The notes beneath the pieces were generated by a model. It was not told where the DNA came from. It did not search any database and saw nothing but the letters and a program-made list of their open reading frames with translations. The position numbers were made by a program, and so were the translations under genes. DNA of 64,000 nucleotides from Ginglymostoma cirratum (Eukaryota), in the NCBI GenBank assembly GCA_024137785.1, contig JAHRHZ010000031.1, positions 19,957,335 through 20,021,334 on the forward strand, given 5' to 3'. This document shows, one piece after another, positions 13,025 to 26,369 of the stretch (its first letter is position 1; the number at the start of each line of letters is the position of its first letter).

Positions 13025-13208
13025 CTCCACCTACCACTGAATTCTCCTTTGCCAGGAAGTGAATTAACCAAGGAGCCTTTTCGATGGGATCAGCGACTAT
13101 TTTCCCTCGTCTTACGACTTCCTGGATTGATGCCTCCCGAAGCAGAGCAGTTGGGTAGTGTGCCATCTGACGAATCTGCCATTACACCCATGTGTGAAGT
13201 AACTGGAG
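13025..13208 (+). CDS. INTS6L: INTS6L-like exon 5
   Basis: ttccag|CTC acceptor; 184 nt encoding LHLPLNSPLPGSELTKEPFRWDQRLFSLVLRLPGLMPPEAEQLGSVPSDESAITPMCEVTG(G); donor G|gtgagg. Confidence 0.95.
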
Positions 13209-14461
13209 GTGAGGTGAATGCTGAATGCAATTGTTCATTTAAATAGACCATCTCTTTTTAAGGAACACTTTTCTTTCATTTTTTTACTAAAATTAGCCAT
13301 CGCAGAAAAGCTGACCCTTTGTTTTGTTTGTCAGTGCATCGTCATGTTCTGTTGTGCTTCTGTCATTTGTACAGTGCCTCTGTCAGCCAACAGGTTGATG
13401 TTGGGGCAGAATTTAAGAACATTTAAAGACTGCGAGCTGTAAAGTAAACCAGATCCAGTTACTCAATAATCTAATTAAAAAATGCCAGACAACAAACTGG
13501 TCACAGAAGCTTTATTTTGTAAAGTGTCTATGAATGTACGATCAAAACTGAGCAATGTCTTTTGATAAAAGCGGGGTGAGTTCTCCAGCAAAGATTAGTA
13601 ATGTATCGTGTGTAAAATCTAATCTGTCACCTTCATCAGTGCACTCTTAAGACATGTATGATGGGGTACTTGGTTATCATCTCCATTTTAGGTGGGAATG
13701 GTACTGACGTTATATGCAAATTGTTTTGCATTGCCAAATAATAGTGACAAAATAAAAAGCTTGGACCACAAAATTGTATGGTATAATTTGACCTGCAGAT
13801 TCAAATGATTAGTGTGTTACTGTAGCATCCTTCTTGCAGTTCAACATTTTATCTATTCAGATTACTGCCTTGCAATCTATTAAAACCATATTAGCGTCCT
13901 TTGTGATTTTGGCTTTGTGCAATAACTTGCAACGTTACACTGATGACTTGATGTCCATCCTTACATGCTGCTCTCACAATCATTCTGTTTGAACGTGGGC
14001 TTGTTTAGTAAAAGCGAATGGAAGCTTCATTACATAAACTTGTGAAAATTTCAGGTTTAATGATGAAAAAGATGCGTTTAGTTAAATATTATTGCGGGTC
14101 GTCAGCTGCTTGTTGAGCCTCTGATCTTCTTAGTCATATAACAGACTAACAGTCCTAATTGAGACATCTATTGAGGACTTGACAAAATTAAATAGCTGTT
14201 AAATAACCTTGGCAATTAAAATAGTATGCTCATGTTTTTCTTGGTTAATTTCCATGTTATTAGCAAGTGTGCTGTTTCTCCCTCCCTTCTGGGATCAGCT
14301 TCTGCCTCTTAGTCCACCATCAACATTGGTGTATCCAATGAGGCTGCTGCCTCCCTGAGGAACAAGCGCTGGATGAGAAAAATAAATCAGTTCATTGCAA
14401 CTAATTCCAAAGGTATCCTAAACTTCCCATTAGCTGAATAACATTTTCACGTACTGTCTAA

Positions 14462-14565
14462 TTAACCTGTTCAGAAATGTTCTTGCACACCTCAGAAGCA
14501 GTTGGGGCTTGAACCCAGGCCTCTTGGTTCCGAAAAAGGGATTTTACCACTACCACAAGAGCTCC
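14462..14565 (-). mobile_element. Short tRNA-derived SINE (same family as 2545-2641)
   Basis: Shared aacctg.tcaga...cacac...cttgaacc.gg...accact.ccacaag. Confidence 0.55.
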
Positions 14566-14789
14566 AATTAATCTTGTTTTGCTTTTGCTAATTAACCTTG
14601 TTATTATTTTGCTGATTAAACTAGGGTGAGAAGCCATTTTCAATAGTTAATTGGAATGAACTCTTAGTGATTATGATCTTAGCATCCTTTTCTGGGTTGC
14701 TTTGATATATTACCTCCTTAAGATACATTGTTTTCATAATAGTGTCTGCCATGGCTTATTGGCAAAGTTAGCTTAAAGATTTCAGCACA

Positions 14790-15145
14790 AAATCCAGATT
14801 GACACTCATTCACCATGATAGCGATGCAGGTTATATTCCTCTGCATTCTCTCTGTCAGTAATACAGCTGGAGGTACAGTCATTTGACAAGATGTTCACCT
14901 AAATTATGCCCTCTGGTGGAGGTAAAAGATTTAATGCAGAATTTGCAAGTTCACAGCCAAATTCAACCAGTTTCCTTTTTCAGCATTTACCCCTTGACCG
15001 ACATTGCCAAAAGCAGACTATCTGGTCACCATCGCATGGCTGTTTTGTGTGACTTTGCTGTTTGTAAATTGGCTGCCTCATTTCTTAGATTGCAACATGG
15101 ACATTTCAAAATTTTTTATGGGCTGTGAAAGGTTTCTGGACATGC
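14790..15145 (+). mobile_element. Deu-domain-like SINE, decayed
   Basis: ggaggtacagtcattt...ggtggaggtaaaagat...tatctggtcacc...gctgttttgtgtgactttgctg...aaattggctgcc. Confidence 0.55.
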
Positions 15146-16639
15146 AAATGTTGTCCAGGGTGAATAGCCTTGTAGACGGTAAAGTTTGAACTTGTCAAAC
15201 TTACTTTAAAGCTCATGCTTTTGCACTTAAGCATTCTTCTCCTCTGTGCCTTTCGTAGCACAATGAACAAAATTGACAACACTTCTTTCATCCATGGATT
15301 ACTGTTGCAATCATCCAGCTGGATGCTTTGTTATTTGCAAATCCAGGCAAGGGCGAGACTATTGTCACTGATTTCTAAAATCAATTTCTAAATCTCTTGA
15401 AATTTCAGTATGCATTGTTGTATACTTTTTGGTGTACAGTTTTCTATAGTGTAAAGTTTTGTGTAGAATTAATTAGTTTAGAAGCACCAAATTAAACTTA
15501 TGGTGCACCTGCGTTTATATAATTACCTGTGGATGAACATCTGAAATATTTCGAATACGGGCAGCTGTGAAATGAATGCCAAACTTGGAAAGGTGAAAAA
15601 ATGAGGTACTGAAAACTTGTTTGATACCGTGAGCTTTGAACAAGTTAAAGAAGGGAAAGAGTGGTGTACTGGGGGAAATTTGGAATTGATCCAGGCATTT
15701 GAAAGTTTTGCTAATAGAGGGCAAAAGTAAAGTCTGTTTGGCATTGGCAGCTTCAGTAATATGATATTGGCCCCAGGGAAATTGCTGTGAGGATTGGAAC
15801 ATGTGAGAAAAATAACAATAAGATAATAGTTGAATCGTTGTGGCAAAAGACCCTCATCATGGGAGTTCCTTGCGCCTGGTGCTTGACAAATTGGATGAAA
15901 TGGTTTGAAGGTGGTGGCTCATTTGTGAAGAATAAGAGCTTGTGGTTATCACTGTCTTCGAGAATGATCGTTGAGTGTTGAGCTACTTTGACTAAGATTG
16001 CTTGATGTCAAACCAAACCTGATGGTGACTAGGCTAACTATGCTGTTATCAGCTGCTAGCATTCATCTATCGGGTCCTCTCAGCAACATAGTCTTGATGT
16101 CTTACTTGTGGTAAATATCTGATGATTTTCAATTTGTTTGAAACAAAAAACTTTGCCTTCACCTTGTCACTGGCTGAATGCGTTTTTAAAAAAATCTTTT
16201 TAGATGTAAATGGTGGGATACTTAGAGAGTTGGCAAAACACACTCTAAATTGTGAAGTAAAAGCTTTTTACTCGGAGTGGAAAAGTTAGAGGAATAATTT
16301 CATCACTGCTGTCTTCTTAATACACCTTTAATACTCATATTTGACCATATGTGTATATTTTTCCGAAACTCCGTTCATGTGATTGTGAATTTACAGTTTT
16401 CTGAGATTGTGTAATCAAAACCATAAAACCTCAAACAACCCCTCTTCCATAATATAAATGTTGTTTTGTAAATGAGCAAACGATGCCAAATTCCAGTATG
16501 CTGTTTCTCATTGTGGCCCAGAATTTGACACGCGGTGAGTAAGTTTTGTGCATTTCAGGGTAACATTTGCTGCTACATAATTCTTGCTTCCACAATGCTT
16601 CAACTTCCACTGACAACCGTTTTTGTAATGTAGATTGAG

Positions 16640-17010
16640 CGTCGAGTGTGGGGCACTTGTGTGTACTGTACGTTACATATATTTGTACGTAGGACCCTGT
16701 TCTTTCCAGACACTAATAATGTGCATGCCTTGCTTCTGTTACAACTCATAAGAATAGGTGAAAGCCATACAGTGGTTCATTTCTCAGGGCGCCTTGACCA
16801 AACACAGTCAATCTCCTGTGTAAACTTTGCGCACAGCATGGCATTCAACTATCCGTCAGCCTTCATGGCTTAATTCTCCATAGCAACACGTCTAACAATG
16901 CGTCCACTTGCCAACCAATCAGCACACTCCTTTCTTGCAATAAAATGTTGATTTTAGTCTGAACTAGCATTCTTGCAAACTGTTCGGAGAGAAGTGTTGA
17001 CAAAATCTAA
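16640..17010 (+). mobile_element. Decayed PLE 3' end (different family)
   Basis: tacatatattt...gaccctgttctttccagaca, then ccaaccaatcagcacactc; related to 28490-28640. Confidence 0.4.
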
Positions 17011-17154
17011 TTTTTTGTAAGCAACATTTCTCCTTTTGTTAACTGACAGCAGCTATGCAATCAAAACGATCAATTGTCCAATGCATTAGCAGCTAACAAC
17101 GTGTGGTTAACCGAGAATACAAATTTAGCGAATGTTTTGTCAACAGTCTACATC

Positions 17155-17835
17155 ATAACATATAGGAGCAGAATTAGGCCATTCTGCTCATCCAGTCTGC
17201 TGCACCATTTGATCGAGGCTGATATGTTTCTCAACCCATTCTTCTGCCTTCTCTCTGTAACCCTTGATTCCTTTACTAATCAAGATCCTGTCAATTTTTG
17301 TCTTAAATTTACTCAATGACTTGGTTTCCACAATTTTGTGTGGAGGTGAGTTACACAGAATAATCACCCTCTGACTGCAGTAATTCCTCCTCAACTTAGT
17401 TTTAAAGGGTAGTCCCTTCACTCTGTGGCTCTGCCATCAGGTCCTAGTATCTCTTACTACTGGAAACATCTACTCCGTGCCCACACTATCCAAACCTCTC
17501 AGTATTTAAAATGTTTCAATGGAAGTACTGTACCCTGCACAGCTCTATTTTAACAAATGATGAGGACTTGCCAATCTCATCCTTAATATTGGAATCAAAT
17601 CTTACCAATGACCACGGTCAGTATTATCAGCTTATGGTTTCCTGTCGTCTGCCTGGCACCCAACCTTTTTAAACAGGAGTATTACATTAGCCATTTTCCA
17701 GTCTTCTGGGACCCTCCCTTACTCCAGTGATTCCTGAAAGATCATCTCAAATGCCTCCACAGATCTCCTAAGCTATCTCCTTTAGAACACTGGGGTGTGT
17801 TCCATCTGGTCCCGGTGATCTATCCAACTTCAGGG
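17155..17835 (-). mobile_element. CR1 LINE fragments (3' end plus internal RT piece)
   Basis: Reverse-complemented CR1 tail at 17155-17520; minus ORF MKGLPFKTKLRRNYCSQRVIILCNSPP. Confidence 0.75.
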
Positions 17836-18621
17836 TACATAAATGTATCGACTAGGATTGTTGAGTGTTTGTAAGGCATTGCTAATTAATAGTTCACATG
17901 ACTGTAATTTGCTGTAAGAAGTCCCTGTGGACAGTACATTAGTCTTCTACGGCATTGCTGTAGACTACAGATATCAGAACTTGAGGTTGCTACTGCTCCA
18001 TACTGACCATTGGGAAGCATAGTTTTCACTGGGTCAAATATCCAGGGGTTAATTTGTTATTCCCACTTGGGAATAACATGAGCAAATGATCAAGCACCAA
18101 CTTTTGTTTGTGAGGAGAGTTCCAAACACCTGCCACTCTGTCAAAGTACTGTGTAACATCTCACCTGAATGGTCTGGCCCTAATTCTCAAACCACATCCT
18201 TTAGTTCTGGATCATTCTAGTAAATTGATTTTGTACTGTCCTTGGTGTTTCTGATCGTTTTGGTAATTAAAAATACCAGAATGGTGCTTCGTACTTCATG
18301 TGCTTGAACCGAGACCAAGTCAAAGATTACTTGACAGCTTTTCAGTTCTGAGTGTCTTCTATTGAATGAGGATCCAACACACATTTGGAAGTATGAGATT
18401 TCTGTCTTGCAATTGTTTAATGTAAACCTTTGAGATCTTTTAAGTATTGCCTATAAATTGTCATTTTGTTGCTTTTTAAACAAAAAGATATGGTCCGTGT
18501 TCAGTGGCTGAAATCATTAATGTAGAAATCTGGAAACTAACCAAATGTGTATTAAATAGTTATGTCTGAAGTACACCTTTGTCCAGATTTAAAAGCATTT
18601 CTTTTTTAAAAATTTATCCAG

Positions 18622-18750
18622 GTCGTTCATATTGCGTGTGCACACAGCGAATGTTACTCCAGTGTCTGGAATCACTTGTGCAGAAAGTGCAAAGTGGAGT
18701 GGTCCTTAACTTTGAAAAAACTGGTCCAGATCCAGCACCTGTTGGAGATG
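18622..18750 (+). CDS. INTS6L: INTS6L-like exon 6
   Basis: tatccag|GT acceptor; 129 nt encoding (G)RSYCVCTQRMLLQCLESLVQKVQSGVVLNFEKTGPDPAPVGD; donor G|gtaagt. Confidence 0.95.
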
Positions 18751-19806
18751 GTAAGTTATACCTTTTGCCAAAATTAACTGTTTAATCATTTCTATTTATA
18801 ATTTTGTTCCACAAGCTGATGCTGAGATGAACCCTCAAAAGTTTTAACTTCTTGTGATCCCATTAAAAATGGATTGGTAGGCTTAAAATGTCAGACCGTA
18901 GGAATAGCAGTAGCCCCACAAATGTGTTCCATTACTTGGTTAGATAGTGGTTGATCTGGATCATAATTCCATCTGGCTGCATATAAGCACGAATGTACAA
19001 GGTGAACAACAACCTTCTGATCTGTTTTTAAATTTTCAACTCATGGAGGCTCAGTAGATGAGAGAGCTCCAGATTTTCCCTTTCTATTGTAGAAATGCTT
19101 TTGTCATCAGTCTCTTTTTGCATGGTTAGACGTCAGTGTTCTGGATACACCTGTCAGGAAAAAAAGTAGTTTCTCTCTATGTACCATGTTAAATTCTTGA
19201 ACAAGGATGTAGTGTTTGAACTTGTCTGGCATCCTGTACAGCAAGTGACCAAGTTGGATTGAGTTCAGACCATCATTCTATGTTGTGTATCCACACTGGT
19301 CTCATCTCCAACTGCCGTCGAGACATCAATCACCTCAACCTCTCTACCCCTCTCAAACACTCCAACCTCTCCCGCGCAGAACGTGCAGCCCTCCACTCCC
19401 TCCGCTCCAATCCCAACCTCACCATAAAACCCGCGGACAAGGGAGGGGCAGTCGTAGTATGGCGCACTGACCTCTACATTGCTGAGGCCAGGCGCCAACT
19501 CTCTGACACCTCCTCCTACCGCCCCCTGGATCATGACCCCACCCCCGAGCACCAAACCATCATCTCCCAAACCATCCACAACCTCATCACCTCAGGTGAC
19601 CTCCCACCCACTGCCTCCAACCTCATCGTTCCCCAACCCCGCACCGCCCGCTTCTATCTCCTCCCCAAAATCCACAAACCTGAATGCCCTGGTCGACCCA
19701 TTGTCTCCGCCTGCTCCTGCCCCACCGAACTCATCTCCACCTACCTAGACTCCATTTTCACCCCCTTGGTCCAGGAACTCCCTACCTACGTCCGTGACAC
19801 CACCCA

Positions 19807-20206
19807 NNNNNNNNNNNNNNNNNNNNNNNNNNNNNNNNNNNNNNNNNNNNNNNNNNNNNNNNNNNNNNNNNNNNNNNNNNNNNNNNNNNNNNNNNNNNNN
19901 NNNNNNNNNNNNNNNNNNNNNNNNNNNNNNNNNNNNNNNNNNNNNNNNNNNNNNNNNNNNNNNNNNNNNNNNNNNNNNNNNNNNNNNNNNNNNNNNNNNN
20001 NNNNNNNNNNNNNNNNNNNNNNNNNNNNNNNNNNNNNNNNNNNNNNNNNNNNNNNNNNNNNNNNNNNNNNNNNNNNNNNNNNNNNNNNNNNNNNNNNNNN
20101 NNNNNNNNNNNNNNNNNNNNNNNNNNNNNNNNNNNNNNNNNNNNNNNNNNNNNNNNNNNNNNNNNNNNNNNNNNNNNNNNNNNNNNNNNNNNNNNNNNNN
20201 NNNNNN
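19807..20206. other. Assembly gap (400 N)
   Basis: Run of n. Confidence 1.
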
Positions 20207-20291
20207 CTCTCCACCTATCCTCTCCTCTATCCATCCTCTATCCGCCTCCCCCTCTCTCCCTATTTATTTCAGAACCCTCTTCCCCTCCCCC

Positions 20292-20327
20292 ATTTCTGAT
20301 GAAGGGTTTAGGCCCGAAACGTCAAGT
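20292..20327 (+). ncRNA. Minimal type-I hammerhead-ribozyme-like motif in the PLE terminus
   Basis: ATTT-CTGATGA-A-GGGT TTAG GCCC-GAAAC-GTC^-AAGT: intact core, stem II, 4-bp stem I and palindromic ACGT in place of stem III. Confidence 0.65.
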
Positions 20328-20699
20328 TTTCCTGCTCCTATGATGCTGCTTGACCTGCTGTGTTCATCCAGCCCCATGCTTGTTATCTCGGATTCTCCAG
20401 CATCTGCAGTACCTTTTATCTCTTGTGAATATGATGGTTGCTTTGTTCTGTGATTTAATAAAGAGGCATTGGAGCTATCGGGGCGAGTATTCAGGCATTC
20501 TATCTGATTGTAAGATAATGTAACGCAAGATTAAATCTTAACGCACTTGAAGATATTTTCAATGTGGAAGATGCTTCTGTTATTTTACTGTAATTGTGTC
20601 TTCAATGTAAAACAGATATTGCCTTGAAATTGCTGGAAAAATTGTCAATTTTATGGGTGTTCGCCGCATCTAATTGATTTAAAAACACTTCCAGCAATT

Positions 20700-22520
20700 C
20701 ATGAAGATAGTAGAGAATAAATAGACTGATGGAAAAATGGTGAGGACTGTCAAAATTGATGGAACAAGCTTCTTTAAAAGGAAGAGGTCTAGGTGAACAT
20801 GGGCATCTCAGAAGATAAGTCTGTGGAGATAGTTATGGTGAACAAAGGAATTGCAGAGGAGTCAGACAGATATTTTGCATCAATCTTTACAATGGAAGAT
20901 ACTTGAAACGTGACAATAATACTAAATAATATGTGGTAGGAATTAAATACCATGACAAGACAGGTAATATTAAACAAACTAATAAGGCTAAAGGCAGGTA
21001 AGTCACCTGAACCCGATGGCTTGCATTTTAAGATCCTAAAAGAGGTAGCTACAGAGATGTGGATGCGCTGGTTGTCATTTTACAAAAGTCCTTGGATCTG
21101 AAGAAGTACCAGAGGAAAGGAAAACTGCCAATGTGATACCTCTTCTCAAAAAGAGGGAGAGGCAAAAAGGAGATAACTATACACAGATGGTCTGGACATG
21201 AATCATTCAAAAAAAGTTAGGATCAGTTATTGAGGATATATCAGCATATTTGGAAAATCATAATCGAATCAAGCAGAGTCACAATGGCTTCCTGAGAGGG
21301 AAGTCTTGTCTATGTAGTGTTTTTTTTGAGGCATTCTCAGCCAGAGTAGATAGTAGAGAACCAGTAGATATTTTGTATTTGGACTTCAAAAAGGCATTTG
21401 ACAAGATGCCTTGTAAAAGTTTAAGATAAGAGCCCATGGTGTTGGAGGTGGTATATTCCCATGGATAAAGAAATGGCTTGCGGATAGGAAATAGTCTAGA
21501 ATAGGGTTAAGGAGTTCTTTGGCAGATTGGCAACCTGTGACTGCTGGGGTGCCATCGGGATCAGTTCTGGGACCGCGGTTGTTCACAATGTATGTTAGTG
21601 ACTTGGAGGAAGCGAATGTACTGTAGTCACATTTGCAGAAGACACACAAATAGGTGGAAAGGCAGGTTGGAAGAGGAATGCCAACTGTTTACAGAGGGCT
21701 ATGTTAGGTTAAGTGGGTTAAAAATTGGCACATGGAGTATAATGAGGGAAAATATGAAGTTCATTTTGGAAGGGAGAACAAAAGAGCAGAAAATGATTTA
21801 AATGGAGAAAAATCTGTAGAAAACTGAAATGCAAAAGGACTTTGGGTACATGTGCACAAAACACAGAAAGCTAGGAAGCATGTGCAGCAGGTAGTCAGAA
21901 AGGCCAGTGGCATGTTGGCCCTTATTTCAAGGGGTTTGGTGTATAAGAAAAGGGAATTCTTACTACAGCTGTCCAAAGGGCTGGTGAGACCACATGTAGT
22001 GTATTGTGAACAGATTTTTCCTTGGATAAGGGGACAGGTATTATTTATTTGAATACAGTTCAGAGTGTGTTTACCAAGATGAAACCCTCCAGGAATGGAG
22101 GAATTGTCTTAGGAGCAAAGGTTTAATGGGTTGGCACTCTACTCATTGGGGTTTAGAAGAATGAGAGGTTTCTAAAGGAGCTTAACAGGGGAAATGCTGA
22201 GAGGATGTTTCCCTCATGGAACAGTCTAGGACTGTAGGGGATCACCTCAGTCCTAAATTAGCTTCCGTTTATTCTGAGACTGAGGAATTTCTTGAGGGTT
22301 GAGTGACTTTTGAACTGCTTGCTACAAGAAGCTGTGGGGACAGAGTGCTTGTGTATATTTAGGGCTGAGATTCTCTATCGGTCAAGCAATCGAGGGTTAT
22401 GGTGATAAGGCAGGAAAATGGATGTTGGGACTGTTGGATCAGCTGTGATCCAAGTAAAAGGTGGAGCAGGCTCAAGAAGCTGAATGGTGCACTCCTATTC
22501 CAACTTCTTAAGTTTCTTAT
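20700..22520 (+). mobile_element. Decayed CR1 LINE ORF2 plus 3' end
   Basis: Fragments resembling YLDFKKAFDK (tatttggacttcaaaaaggcatttgacaag), [10 protein letters not shown] and QVVRKASGMLALISRG; frameshifted. Confidence 0.85.
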
Positions 22521-25500
22521 CGTCACAAAGATGTGCATTCTTCACAAATTTGTGAAAGGTTTAAACCACTTTGCCATTAGTGTCGTCAACACTGAAACCA
22601 TTGCGACCCCTCAATCTCCCTATTGAAGTTGATTGTCAGAAGTTGTTGAATTAAGTGCATCAACATTAATCAAATTCTAATTTTATCGCAGCTGTATAAG
22701 GGTGAGTAATAGGTGTCGCAGGGATCCTGTGATTTATGGTGCAAGTTAGCAAGGAAACCAGAGTCTGAATGCTGCTTGTGCAATACAAAGGAAGTGGACA
22801 GGTGGTGTATGTAAGACAACGAATGAAGCTTCATCGAGTAAATGTGAAGTATGCTTCTAGCAAGAAAAGGAAGAAGCCCTTTATGGTGTCAAAATAACAG
22901 GCTGAAGTTGAAAGAGCTATGTGGTCAGAGTAAGCTCATCAAATCAGTGAGGAAGAATAATTGAGGTAAATAAGATCTAAGTGTCAAGTCAGCAGTTTCA
23001 GTACAACACATTCATAATTCATCAATTTGTCCTGACGATAGCATGATAGTTGATGTTCAATTCAGTCCATTAGTATGAAACAGCAGTCAATGGAGGTGTC
23101 TCCTCTGATTTTGTGAGAAAGACTTGAGAATTAAAGGGAGGTGACTGGCATGTAATGTAGTAGAGGGACATGGGGTCATTTACTAGGATAGAGAAGTAGA
23201 TCTGGAAAATTAACTCAAATTGAAAGACCCGGGACAAGATCAAAGTAAGTGTGGAGAACTGAAGTGGAGGTGAATACTTCGGAATTATGACAGAACTGAG
23301 TGTTAATAACATTTGGGATGTTCGTGGATCTTGGAAATAGGACGGAATAAGTGGCTTTCTTAATCTATGTTTATCTAACTGTTTCATTCAATATTTGGCT
23401 CTAAAACTTGTATGCTTGGTGTTTGACAATTTTGAGGATGTTAGTTCGAAGTGTAAAGGGATTACAGATTCTATAATTCACATATACACAAAAGGGCAAA
23501 GTTAGTGGCAACGCAGTAATATTTCAATTATTCTCAACTGCTTTGTTAAAAAAGCCCGATTGTAATTAAGAACTACCACCTAAGAAAAATGCTGAAGCAG
23601 CGTCGTTACTTGGAGTGAATGTGAAGGAGTGAAGTAACAGTTTTGAGGGAAGTAGTTCATTTGAGATACTTGAACCGAATACAGCTCTATAATTCCCATC
23701 TCTAATTCTACAACTATTTCAATTGATGGCCAAAGCAACACTCTTAGAATAATTCAGGATTAAGGGAGGAAACATTGTCGGTAATTCTCGATCTCGTCAC
23801 AAACATTGCTGATCAGTCGTTGCAAATAATAGCCAGAGTCCACCTAGAACTGCAGGCATCTCTGTTGGAGCAAGACAATTTGCATGTAGTTTCAGACATC
23901 TACATCTGACTTAAATTATCGGGTATTTGTGTGCATCACTAGATTGATCTAAGAAACTTTTATTTTCTGAGAGTCACTAGAATATACAAATCACTTCAAC
24001 TCTGCCTGTTTTAATTTTACAGTTAAACAGCAAAACGGTTTTCCTGATTTTGAACAAACTTTTTCTAATATTAGGTCAGATTTTTAAAACCTTTCTCAGG
24101 CCATCTTAAATTGCATTGAAACCTAATCCCTACTTGCTACTGTTGACTGTATTGAAAACTCCTCTTCCTTGATGAAGCATTTGAAAAAGATAGTTGGTCT
24201 ATCACAAAATGGTGAAATTACCTCCGAGGTAATCACTTATCATTCCATAAAATGTGTTTTTTTTCCCTTCTGTTGATTTGCTGATTTTACCTTGATTACA
24301 CTTAGTCCTATGCCTTTTTGTTGAGGAGAGGATTGTTCCTAATGAAAAGAAATTGTTGGAAATGCACAGCATCTTTAAATGGAATATAAAAGCTAACTTC
24401 TTGTAGTTCCTTCAGAATTGAGGATTTTCTGATTTCTTTCTTGAATTACTTTATGTCCCTTGCTGTCCTGATAGTTGAATGATACACATGTTGTGGTGTG
24501 CTATTAATTCTCCTTGATTTGTCTTCACTCGTGTGAGTCTTGATTGAGCATTAGCAGGCAAGTGAACAGTACTGAATGAATTTCCTCCATCGTTATAGGA
24601 GGCCCATGTGGTGTTCATTAATCTTAAAATATTTTTGTGCTCTTCAAGGTTGTTAATGCTGGAAAGTAAAATTAACTGCATTTCAGACAACTTTGTCCAC
24701 TTAGTTCTATCTGAACTGGTTGCACCTATATTCCGCATCAGTACAGTGGTCAAATTTAATGCCTTGTCAGGAATAGTTTTCTGCTACTGAACTATGTTTC
24801 CTGTTAGGGACTGTTCATGTTTAAAGCAGAAATTTGAACATTGACTGGTCAAGGACCGAACACTTTACATTCTTGAACAAAAACAAACTTTATTAAATAA
24901 ATCAAAAGCAGCATCACTATCTATAGTTTTGTCAGACGTGTGTTGTAAAGTCACTTTGGTTAGTTTCCTCAGTTTCTCTACCATGTGAACTCTTGAAGGT
25001 TTATTCACTTTTTTAGGATTCAACTCTCACGGCATGTTGTTCTGAAATGATTTTAATACTACTTTGTTTCAGCTTGCCTTGCTTCATTCACTTTTTCTCG
25101 GTGATCTTCCACTTTTTCTTCACAGGTTGCAAAAATGGGGATGTCTCACTCCTTGTTTGGGTTGCAGACAGATATCCAACTGTCCTTCTCATTGCTTCCA
25201 AGCTAGCTTTTATGACTGCTTTCAGGCTGTGAGGGCCACTTTAGATTTCTTCCTCCAGCTGCAAGCTGGAACAGATCTTTGACTTGCTCTTCCCTGCTGA
25301 AATTCAAACTGATATAGAACTTCATTCTGCATTCCACAGGGCGAATGAGGAAGTTGATATTTTCTCTGCTTGAAGGGCTAGCTAACATTTATTTTCTTGG
25401 CTATCGACTCAAAGCTGCAGCAAACACCAAAACCAAAACATCTCTTCCCAAACTGGACTGCTTCCTTCTGCCAGAAACCACAAAAAACTTTTTAACCGAA

Positions 25501-26205
25501 GCCCCACCTTGAATTATCTAGATGGCGACATGACAAATAGAAATGCAAATAAATTACTTTCCTTTCAATAAGTTTTTATTCCTGTCAGTTACAGAATCAG
25601 TCTCTGTACCGTAAGAGTTTTATGATCCTCTTTTCCAGAATTGCTAACTTGTAACTTATTTTGTGAAGATGATGATAAACACTGCTTACCCAGAGGTCCA
25701 GACATGTGACTAATTTGAATGTTTTTTCACTATGAACTGAGCTTGTAACATAATTCGGGCTAATTAAATCTGGCCTTGTTTGATTTTCCTTTCATATTTG
25801 GTTTGTTTGTCTAATTCTTAATCAAGCCTTCTCTATATACATTAGTGTTTTATTTCAAACTAAAAGTTCAGTTCTGAAACATAATTGAATTACTAGTGCT
25901 AGATTTTTGCAATATTCACTAAAACTAGAGACAGCTCTCACTTTCCAGAAACGTTCCTTAAAATCAGCAGACTGAGGATTAATTGACTGCCTAGGCTTGG
26001 GTCAGATTTGAACCCAGGATCCTTGAATTTGTCAGTTAATTTGTTCATTGAGCCACTTAGTTTATCCAACTCCCTTGTGACCAAAGTCAATCAGTGTATA
26101 AAATAATTGAACATATGTTATCGTTGAGGAACCTATTATGGTAAATTAAACCAAATAATTGTAAATATGGTTGTTTGTCACTTACGTTTTATTAATCTTG
26201 TCTAG

Positions 26206-26369
26206 ATGGTATTCTTGATGCTCTTAAATCTGCCCCTCCGTTTGGACCACAACTTTGGCACAGTTGTCACAAACTCATCTATGTACGGCCCAACCACAAA
26301 ACTGGTGTTCCAGTTGGACATTGGCCAATCCCAGAGTCCTTCTGGCCAGACCAAAACTCTCCAACCCTA
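26206..26369 (+). CDS. INTS6L: INTS6L-like exon 7
   Basis: tgtctag|AT acceptor; 164 nt encoding (D)GILDALKSAPPFGPQLWHSCHKLIYVRPNHKTGVPVGHWPIPESFWPDQNSPTL; donor |gtaagt. Confidence 0.95.

Larger units (their letters stand above)
19300..20423 (+). mobile_element. Young Penelope-like retrotransposon (5' truncated; RT N-terminal region, gap, 3' terminus)
   Basis: Open frame NLSRAERAALHSLRSNPNLTIKPADKGGAVVV...FYLLPKIHK...PGRPIVS...YVRDT, with the DKG motif typical of PLE RT; 3' terminus 20207-20423 is nearly identical to the reverse complement of 62837-63053. Confidence 0.92.

Noticed and set aside
19782-20453. Long ORFs made of X residues (also 56565-57119)
   Set aside because: Artefacts of translating N gaps
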